Shown piece by piece: positions 9,106-17,300 of a stretch of DNA of 23,931 nucleotides. Under the pieces are notes generated by a model. That model worked only from the letters and a program-made list of their open reading frames with translations. It made no database searches and was not told the DNA's origin. The position numbers and the translations under genes are program-made. The DNA comes from a bacterium. GTDB taxonomy: Bacteria; Electryoneota; Electryoneia; Electryoneales; Electryoneaceae. Within the stretch, counting starts at the first letter, position 1. Every line of letters begins with the position of its first letter. The stretch is taken from NCBI GenBank assembly GCA_043801585.1, contig JAZDLX010000138.1, positions 1 to 23,931 on the forward strand. Direction: 5' to 3'.

Positions 9106-10866
9106 ATGAAACCTGCGCAGACTTTTGTTCTGGCTGCGATTCTGATGATGCTTGCGGGCACATCTCTAGCTCAGGACTTGGGGTCCGCTATTGTTGCCGG
9201 GGAACTCGGAACGGTGCAGCAGATCATTGAAGCGGACGAAAAGGGAAAACTACTGAACAAAAAGGCTCTCGGTGATTGGATGCCGCTCCATCTGGCTGTC
9301 ATCTTTGACCGCCGCAATATCCTCGAGTACCTGCTATCACGCGGGGCAGACCCAAACGTCGAGGATGGACTTGGCCTGACACCCCTGCTCCATGCGGTCA
9401 AGCTTCGCGACATGGACGTTGCGAAGCTGTTGATGACCAATGGTGCGAATCCGCAGGCTGCCACAAAAGCAGGCAACACGGCACTCCATTTTGCGGTGAC
9501 CGCCAAGTCGACGACCATGATCGATGAGTTCGTCGGGCGAGGCGTCAATATCAACACGCCGAATAAAGCGGGCATTACACCCCTGCACCTCGCCATCCTG
9601 TCGGAAAATCTCGAGATGGTCAAGCATCTGATCGGGAAGGGTGCGGATGTCAACGCCACTGACAAGAACGGGACCACTCCCTGCCATGACGCCGCGATCG
9701 TGGGCAATCTGCTAATTCTTCAGGAGCTTCTGTCGAAAGGCGCCCTGGTCGCCGCAAAGACCAAGGACAGCGATATCGACAACGGCCGAGAAGCCACCGC
9801 GCTCCACCTCGCCGTTCTTTATACTTACCCGGACCTTTTCCCGACACTCCTGCGCTATAAGGGGCTCGCCGGCATCCGGAACAAGTTAGACAACACACCG
9901 CTGATGGTTGCGATCATCAACGGTCAAAGGCCGATGGTGGACGCGCTGCTGAACGCCGGTTGCCCGCCGCAGGATTCGACAAACAAGATCCAACCCATGG
10001 ATCTTGCCCTCGAGCGTCGTGATGTCGAGCTTGCGGGCAAATTGATCGCCAAAGGCGTAAATGTGAACAGGCCAAACAGCAAAGCGATGCCTCCCTTGAT
10101 GGTCGCCATTCAGAATCAGCAGGTGGAGATGGTGCGTCTGTTGATCGAAAAGGGTGCCACTGTGATGACACCTGCGGATGGAGTGCTTCCTCTCGAAAAA
10201 GCGATTGAGATGCAGCACATCGACATGATGCGCATGCTGATCGATGCCGGTGCGGATATTTCAGACCCCGACACCAAAGGCCGTACGCCGCTCTATATCG
10301 CTGTGGATAATGACAACGTGGTGATGGCTCGCCTGCTGCTGGATAAAGGGGCGAATGCCCGTTTCATTTCGACCACCTGGAAACTCACCCCGGTTCAGCT
10401 CGCCATTGACAAGAAGAACATCCGGATGCTGAACCTTTTGATTGATCGGGGCGCGCTGACCTACACAGAGGGCGATTTCAAGAGCGACCCGATTGCCATG
10501 GCGATCGATCGCGGATACCCGTTTCTCGTCACCGTTCTTCGCGCTTCGGACGCCAATGTTTTCCGCAAGGATTCGGATGGCGCAGGTTTCCTCGAGTACG
10601 CGATCACCAATTCCAAGGATCAGCGTACGGTCAATGCATTGGTCCGGGCGGGTGTGAGCGTGAGCGAACCGACGGATAAGTACGGTACTCCCCTGCACCT
10701 TGCCGCCGACCGCGGCAATGAGGGCGCCGTTCGGACATTGCTTGCACATGGCGCGGATGTGAATGCGCTGGACAAGAACGGCCGTACGCCCCTGGACGTT
10801 GCCAAAGGGTCGGTTGACCAGATCATCAGCGTCTTCGGAGGCAGGAAAGGGGAAGAATTGAAGTAG
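9106..10866 (+). CDS. Secreted ankyrin-repeat protein (about 15 repeats)
   Basis: SD GAGGAGG and signal peptide (..TSLA/Q). Many G-x-TPLH-x-A...LL-x-x-GADVN repeats. Confidence 0.92.
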   Translation: MKPAQTFVLAAILMMLAGTSLAQDLGSAIVAGELGTVQQIIEADEKGKLLNKKALGDWMPLHLAVIFDRRNILEYLLSRGADPNVEDGLGLTPLLHAVKLRDMDVAKLLMTNGANPQAATKAGNTALHFAVTAKSTTMIDEFVGRGVNINTPNKAGITPLHLAILSENLEMVKHLIGKGADVNATDKNGTTPCHDAAIVGNLLILQELLSKGALVAAKTKDSDIDNGREATALHLAVLYTYPDLFPTLLRYKGLAGIRNKLDNTPLMVAIINGQRPMVDALLNAGCPPQDSTNKIQPMDLALERRDVELAGKLIAKGVNVNRPNSKAMPPLMVAIQNQQVEMVRLLIEKGATVMTPADGVLPLEKAIEMQHIDMMRMLIDAGADISDPDTKGRTPLYIAVDNDNVVMARLLLDKGANARFISTTWKLTPVQLAIDKKNIRMLNLLIDRGALTYTEGDFKSDPIAMAIDRGYPFLVTVLRASDANVFRKDSDGAGFLEYAITNSKDQRTVNALVRAGVSVSEPTDKYGTPLHLAADRGNEGAVRTLLAHGADVNALDKNGRTPLDVAKGSVDQIISVFGGRKGEELK

Positions 10867-10896
10867 CACCCCAAACTCATTCTTGCAACAACGAGG

Positions 10897-10928
10897 AAGG
10901 CCATCCCGACGGATCGGGATGGCCTTTT
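10897..10928 (+). terminator. Rho-independent terminator after the ankyrin gene
   Basis: AAGGCCATCCCGA-CGGA-TCGGGATGGCCTT perfect 13-bp stem ending in a T run. Confidence 0.85.
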
Positions 10929-10938
10929 GCATGCGCGC

Positions 10939-10980
10939 TCAGGCGTGCGACCTCACAATGCTCGTACTGGGACTATCCAC
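10939..10980 (-). CDS. Candidate 13-aa small ORF (MDSPSTSIVRSHA), possibly within a small structured transcript
   Basis: Perfect SD AGGAGGTG (10987-10994, minus strand) 6 nt upstream of the GTG; TGA stop just before the terminator hairpin. Confidence 0.35.
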   Translation of the reverse strand: MDSPSTSIVRSHA

Positions 10981-11137
10981 GGGCACCACCTCCTCTCCGT
11001 TTCGTTGACGGAAAGGGACATCAGCATCGTCCCGGCCGGTCGATCCGGCATAAGCGTAACCTATAGCGGCTTTGCAACGTGGTGCAAGAGTGGGTCCTGA
11101 ATTAGACGAAAATGAAGCGAACAGGCGGGGATCAGGT

Positions 11138-11512
11138 TCAAGAGTTGAGAAGTTTTGTCAGCGTGTCGGTAAGGTCTTTCATCCGAAAAGGTTTCAACAG
11201 ATAGGCGGTGAAATCATTCTGTAGATCATCATCTTCAAGAACATATCCACTGACCACGATGAAGGGGGGCATCGCGCCCATCTTGTGCGCCTCGCGAACC
11301 ATTTCGCGGCCATCCATGTCGGGCATGGAATAGTCTGTCAGCACGAAGTCAAACCGATCAGCGTTTTCCGCAAGGAGACTCAACCCCTGTTTGCCGGAGG
11401 ACGCGGTCTCGACCGTGTATCCCAGAGCGTTGAGCATCAGAGTTGCCGTTTTCAGCAAAGTCGGGTCGTCGTCAACGATCAGAAGATGCGCAGGTTTATC
11501 CGGATCTGGCAT
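11138..11512 (-). CDS. Single-domain response regulator (CheY-like receiver)
   Basis: LIVDDD, phosphoacceptor in LTDYSMPDMDG, VSGY and LLKPF. ATG at 11512 follows GGGGAAGG. An extended -10-like TGATATATT lies at 11557-11565 (minus). Confidence 0.9.
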   Translation of the reverse strand: MPDPDKPAHLLIVDDDPTLLKTATLMLNALGYTVETASSGKQGLSLLAENADRFDFVLTDYSMPDMDGREMVREAHKMGAMPPFIVVSGYVLEDDDLQNDFTAYLLKPFRMKDLTDTLTKLLNS

Positions 11513-11660
11513 ATTCAGGCCTTCCCCATGGATCCCTCGCTCACATCGATACGACCAATATATCAGAACCTGCCATGCCGAGCCAATCAGAAGCGGAAAT
11601 ACCGGTTTTTCCTCAAGATGGGGGAGAGCAGGTGCAGCACAGTTGACAGCTTGAGACGGG

Positions 11661-12380
11661 TTATGCCGCCCCGGCTCCCCATTCTGCAAGCAATCCGGGG
11701 AGACCCTGCAACGATGCGACGGTTCCATCGACGAAAGAGTAGGCGGAATCATCCCGCACGTTGTCTCCGCCGGCGATGATACGGACAGTGCGCAATCCGA
11801 AACCATTCGCCGGGCGGAGGTCGTTGGCGAGGCTGTCGCCGATCATCACCGCGTTTTCGCGCACGGCGCCGGCGTCCATCAACATCTGTTTAAAAAACCG
11901 TGGATCCGGTTTGCTGAGACCGATGTCTTCGCTGAGTGTGACAGAGGTGATAAAACGCAGCAGTCCGAGTTCCTCAAGCAGGCCACGGATATAGGCGCCC
12001 TGATTTGCGGCGATGGCGAGTTTATAACTGGAAGCGAGGTCCGCTAACGCATCATGAACACCAGGCAGCATCGGATTCAGCTCTTTCTGCCTTGGTTCCA
12101 GCCAGGTTCGGAATTCTCCAAGGACGGCGCGGAAGGTTTTGTCGTCCGGGGCAAACCTCCGCAGGACAGATTGATAGACGCTGGGGATACCCTCCGCGAT
12201 CAGCCGTTTACGCTCCTCGAGGATGGCGGCATGACTCACGTCCACGCCCCTCGCTACCAAGGCGTCGGTGATGTATCGGTAAAGTTGGTTCAGGAGCGGG
12301 GTGTCGTCGAGGAGTACTCCGCCAACATCCATAAACAGCCAGGAGACCGGATGTGATTTTGGAGGAGGGAGGGTACTCAT
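11661..12380 (-). CDS. HAD-superfamily hydrolase (subfamily IA)
   Basis: Motif I FMDVGGVLLD, motif II AIAAN, motif III SKPDP and motif IV MIGDSLAND. ATGA overlap with the upstream gene. Confidence 0.88.
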   Translation of the reverse strand: MSTLPPPKSHPVSWLFMDVGGVLLDDTPLLNQLYRYITDALVARGVDVSHAAILEERKRLIAEGIPSVYQSVLRRFAPDDKTFRAVLGEFRTWLEPRQKELNPMLPGVHDALADLASSYKLAIAANQGAYIRGLLEELGLLRFITSVTLSEDIGLSKPDPRFFKQMLMDAGAVRENAVMIGDSLANDLRPANGFGLRTVRIIAGGDNVRDDSAYSFVDGTVASLQGLPGLLAEWGAGAA

Positions 12381-13351
12381 TGCTGCCGGTTATCCCGATT
12401 GGAACGTTTTCCGGAACGCCGCCTGCCCGTAATGGGCCAGTCGACCGGAGGGAGATGGGGAAGAGACGGCAGGGATTCGATGAGCCGCACAGTCAGCGTG
12501 CGCACATCTGCCACTGGAACCGTCCCGGTAACCCTGGGTCCCCAGGGAGGCGTTTGACGGGAAACCGCTTCAACTGGAGGGATTTCAAGGATCTCCTCGA
12601 AGGCTTCGGCGAATTGGTGGATCGGCGGCACCGCAAAGGGCCGTAAAAAACTCTCGAATGATGTTTCGCCTGCCAGTGTGATCTCCACGATTTCCTCGGC
12701 AAGTGCGGACGGATCGACCGCAAGCACGGGTTCATCAGGCTGGGGGATGGCAACCGGAACACGGCTGATCCATTGCACGAGAGTCAGAAGCGGCGGGGAT
12801 GCGGAGGATTGACCGGGACCAACAAGTGCTGGAAGCTGAATAAACGTTGCGTTGTTGTCCCCGGACAATTCATTGCGCAGATCCTCCTCCGCACGGAACA
12901 GCTCGGCCCACACTTCATTCTTTTTTCGCAAATCGTCGCCTGAGGTTGCGTGATGGAACAGGACGAACCGGGCGCCGGTCCTGTTCGCAAGATGCGGATA
13001 GATTGTCAGTGGAATCCCCTGAGCGGCTTCCCGTATCTGGATTTCCCCACAAGGTTCCGATATTGGCAGCGTCCAGCGGGCACAATGAAACAGGGTCAGG
13101 GGTTGAACTGTCGCGCGAAGCAACGAGGCAAACTCCGGTGAACGAACGTCCATCAGGTGAACACGGACGTTGTCGAGATGGTTCGTTTCACGGAGGCGGT
13201 GGCGTTTGAGCACCAGGGGCTCGGAACCCGGATCGAAGTTGTCCACGGCGATCACGGATACCCCAGCCGCAGAAAACGTTCTGGTAAGAAGATACCCCAG
13301 ACCTCCCAACGCCCCGGTGATCATCACAGTTTCAGCAGAGGCCTCCGTCAC
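12377..13351 (-). CDS. NAD-dependent epimerase/dehydratase-like (extended SDR) protein, catalytic motif degenerate
   Basis: ITGALGGLG Rossmann motif, AVDNF, MDVR, FHCA and LVGPGQ. No YxxxK. GTGA overlap with the kdsA stop. Confidence 0.7.
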   Translation of the reverse strand: MTEASAETVMITGALGGLGYLLTRTFSAAGVSVIAVDNFDPGSEPLVLKRHRLRETNHLDNVRVHLMDVRSPEFASLLRATVQPLTLFHCARWTLPISEPCGEIQIREAAQGIPLTIYPHLANRTGARFVLFHHATSGDDLRKKNEVWAELFRAEEDLRNELSGDNNATFIQLPALVGPGQSSASPPLLTLVQWISRVPVAIPQPDEPVLAVDPSALAEEIVEITLAGETSFESFLRPFAVPPIHQFAEAFEEILEIPPVEAVSRQTPPWGPRVTGTVPVADVRTLTVRLIESLPSLPHLPPVDWPITGRRRSGKRSNRDNRQQ

Positions 13352-14184
13352 TCGCGGACCCCCGCGTCACGGACAGCGGCGTCAAGTTCTAGCCACAGCG
13401 GCAGGTGTTGTTCAAGAATCTCGGGGGTGATCATATTCGGTCCGTCGGAAGGGCTGGATTCTGGGTCAGGGTGAACCTCGAGGAACAGGCCGTCGACACC
13501 GACTGCAACGGCTCCGCGCACGAGCATCGGCACCCATTTGCGGTTTCCGCCCGTTCTACCCCCTTCACCCCCGGGTGACTGTACTGCGTGGGTTCCGTCG
13601 AAAATCACAGGCGCGAACCGGCGCATTGTCACCAGCGAGCGCAGATCCACGATGAGATCGCGATAACCGAAGGTGCTGCCGCGTTCGGTCAGGGTTACCG
13701 TCACATCCCCCCCAGCCTTGACTTTTTCGACAGCAAAGGCCATGTCCTCAGCGGCAAGAAACTGCCCCTTCTTGACATTCACAGGTTTTCCCGACGCACC
13801 GCAGGCTTTCAGCAAATCGGTCTGGCGGCACAGGAAGGCGGGAACCTGGAGCATGTCCACGACTTCGGCGACGACAGAGACCTGGGTTCGTTCATGGACG
13901 TCGGTGAGCACCGGAACATCCACCTCCCGGCGAACATCTTCGAGCATCCGCAACCCTTCCTCCAGGCCCGGGCCACGGTGGGAGACACCGGAGGTGCGGT
14001 TGGCCTTGTCAAAGGAGGCTTTGAAGATATAAGGCATTTTGTACTGGCTGCAGATTCCCTTGACCCTCTCAGCTATTTCCAGGGCGAGGTCCCGGGTTTG
14101 CAGAACGCATGGCCCTGCGATCAACAGCAGGGGACCGCTCGGGTGAAGTTCAATGCCTTGTGTGAGAGGAATGGTCTCGATCAT
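13348..14184 (-). CDS. kdsA: 3-deoxy-D-manno-octulosonate 8-phosphate (KDO8P) synthase
   Basis: IAGPC, KASFDKANRTS, QVPAFLCRQTDL, NVKKGQF, ERGSTFGY, DGTHAVQ, FLEVHPDP and SDGPN. ATG at 14184 follows GGAG. Confidence 0.96.
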   Translation of the reverse strand: MIETIPLTQGIELHPSGPLLLIAGPCVLQTRDLALEIAERVKGICSQYKMPYIFKASFDKANRTSGVSHRGPGLEEGLRMLEDVRREVDVPVLTDVHERTQVSVVAEVVDMLQVPAFLCRQTDLLKACGASGKPVNVKKGQFLAAEDMAFAVEKVKAGGDVTVTLTERGSTFGYRDLIVDLRSLVTMRRFAPVIFDGTHAVQSPGGEGGRTGGNRKWVPMLVRGAVAVGVDGLFLEVHPDPESSPSDGPNMITPEILEQHLPLWLELDAAVRDAGVRE

Positions 14185-14374
14185 CGTGATCTCCAAAGTA
14201 CCGGCGAGCAACAGGACAAGCCGTGGGCGTAAGATAGGCTCGCGTGGCGTCAACACCCAACCGACATCGGGTTCATAAGGGGGGGGAACACGGGACAGGT
14301 GTTGATGTCCTCAGCGCTTGACCCCCCGAGGCGGGCGTCCCCATCTTGCCCCGGACCCCAAGGGAGAGAATGAC

Positions 14375-17300
14375 GTGAGCCGATCCGCGCCCCAACGAAC
14401 ACATCGGAAGACTGCAAAACGAACGTTTGTCGCTGTACTTCTCCTTTGCGCCGGTGCAGGTGCGGCGCCCGCGCACTCCTTGCCCATTCTTGTCGCTCCC
14501 GATCCCGAAACGATGTTGAAAGGTGAACCCGCGTTGGTTCCCGTGGCGCCGGAATCTCTCGGAATTGCCGCCTGGAAAGCCGAATGGGAGGCGGCACGGC
14601 AGTCGTTTGACATCACCGCATGGCATGAAGAAAAAGAACAATCGATTCGAAATGCTGTCGCCCGTGAAGATCTCCGTGATGCTCTGCGCTCCCTGCTCGA
14701 AGGATACACTACGCGCGGCGAGGCCGTTGCCGCGTTAATGGAAAAAACAGGCAAGGATCCGGAAAGGGTCCGCTCGCTCGCAAGAAATGTTGCCGAACTG
14801 GGCTGGCCACTGATCGCGGCGGATCTCTACGGAACGGTGATGGACGGCAGCGAACAGGGGCTTCGCTCAGCGATCGCGAGGGCGAAGCTGCTGGAGGCGT
14901 CGGGCGATCACAACCTTGCGATACAGACGCTGGAATCGTCCACCCTCAGGATTTCGCGGAAAGGGAGCGAGTCCGTCAGGGAACTCAGGGAACGGGCCGC
15001 CGTCGTTCTGGCTGACCTCTATCTCATCCAGAGTCGGGCAACGGATGCTGCGTCCATCGCGGGCGAAATTCAAGATGAATCCCCGTGGTGGAGTCAGGCG
15101 AGGATGATCCTCGTCCGAGCGAGCCGCATGAGTGGTGACAATGACACCGCGCAGCGGAATGCGAAAACATTGGAGCAGGCAACGGATCGCCTCGACCTGC
15201 AGTTAGGGGCAGGTTGTGAGGTTTATGGCACCTCTCCCAATGGGTCGCAGCGAAACGAGGAGGCGTGGCGGCTCGTACGGGAAAACGATGGTCTGGATAC
15301 CCTGCAGGCGTGCGCTCTCCAGGCGTTCAGAGCGCTGAATGCATTGAATTTATTAGATGTGGTTCAGACAATTGCTGTAGCTGCCGGCGATTCGGTGACC
15401 TGGGTGCGAGCGCAGAAAGTCATCCAGGGGATTCAGTCGATATTCAACGGTGCATGGACGGAAGCGGTGGATGGACCCATTGCGCGCAGGTCAGTTGCTG
15501 AATCACGACGGATAGCACTCCAAAATTCACAACCTGTCACCGAACAGACCGAAAGGTTATCCCTGAGCGAGCGTGAAGCCTCCCTTTTGGATCTCCTTTC
15601 GCGTCGGCGTGACCTTCTTAGAACGCTGTTATTGAATGACATGGACACAATTCAACGGAGATGGGGGGCAGGTGGTGATAATAGTGGTCAAAAAGCTGTC
15701 AAGGAGTACCTGGATGAACTCACGGAGGCGTTACGCAGTCGTGATCAGCTCCTCACTCTGTTGATAAAGAGCGATCCAGGCTCGGCGACAGCTGCGGAAT
15801 TAGTACTTTATTCGCCTGAAAAACAGACAGATGACAGCCTCCGTTTTTTAATCACACAACCCGGCACCGATGCTCGGCTGAGATCCGCTTTTCTATTGAA
15901 AGAGGTGAACTCGGCGTTGGAAGAGGGGAGCAAGGTCAGCGGTGAATTGGCCGCGAGTGCGTATTGGGACGCTCCGGCAATGCCCACAGCTGCCAAGGCG
16001 CTCGAAATCCGTGGACAGTTGGAAAGTTCGAGCATGCATCCTGACGCGAGGGTGGAACGACTCACATGGCTGAAAGCGGCGGATGCGTCGCTTGGCGTTG
16101 CACACATGAATTACCTGCTCAAAGCGGGAACCGCAGGTGTGCAGAGCGGGGAGGGCGATGGCCGATGGTCAAGGTCGATCGCCGAAATCCTGCTGAGCGA
16201 CGAAAAGCTGGCTTGTTACACAGGCGACGCTGCCGTCTGGCGCGATCCCTTCGACCTGTACGCGACATCCCTCCTCGCCGAAACTGATGGAGACCCATCA
16301 GCCGCGGTGGATTCCCTTTCAAAGTGGTTGGCTATCAGTCCCGTCACCAATCTCTGCTACGGGGTGGATCTCTATCTGTCTCTGGGAAGGGCGACGATTG
16401 CGATGGCAGGGCCAATCGCGGCGGTGGATACGGCCCTTGCCCGTGTGGAGCAGAGTGTTCGTGGCGGGTACGTCCGGGCGAGAGCGGACCGCCTCGCCTA
16501 CCAGTTGGCGGAACGTCGCGGGAGTTCCGATGTCGAGGCGTGGAATCGGCGGATGGAGGCTGCCCGGCGGGGGTTAACAGCGTTGCAACAGCCCGCCTGG
16601 GACGGCACTGTGTGGGGCGAACGTTGGCACGCGCAGGTTACGGAAGAGGCCTACGAGGCGTTGAACCTGGCGACACAGAGCGCACAGGTGTCCCATCAGC
16701 AGGAGTGGCGTCAACGGGCTGTGGATGCGGCGACCGCACTGGAGACGGCGGCTCCCGATGATCCGAGAGCTGCGGTCGGTTGGGTGAATGTCGCGGCGTT
16801 GTACGAAAACCGGGACACGCCGCTGGACATGCAACAGGCCATTTTCCATTATTTGCACTCAGCGCGCAGGTGGCCGGAGGCGCTGTCGTCACAACTCGCC
16901 GCCGATCGCGCTCTTGCCATGGCGGACCGTGTTGTTCGCCTGACTCCAGCGCCCACCCCGGACAGTCTGCTCGTCGAGACGGCTCGTCTTCGAGCGGAAA
17001 GGCTGAGCGACCCCGGGCAGATCGCCAGCACCCTTCTGCTGGCGGGGGTTACCCTGCGCAAAGAGGAGCAGTGGCAACCGGCGATAATGCTGTTCGAAGA
17101 TGTGTTCCGAGGTTATCCCGCGACAGACGCAGCGGAGGAGGCCCTCGAGGGATGGCTGGAGTGCGAACTGGCGTTGGGAAATCTCCGTGCGGTGTCGCAG
17201 ATGCACGATTCACTGATGGCCGAGGGGGCTTCCGGACGGCGGGCGACGGTGCTTCGTCGAGCCCTGACCCGGGCGGAAACACTGCTCGCGAAACGTCTCA

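Noticed and set aside
11513..11806. N-terminal extension of the response regulator ORF
   Set aside because: It overlaps the HAD gene by 146 bp and looks non-coding. ATG 11512 has an SD and gives a normal receiver domain.
14185..14374. Longer starts for kdsA (14256) and the TPR gene (14318)
   Set aside because: These are weak alternative starts without an SD. The downstream starts have SDs and leave room for divergent promoters.
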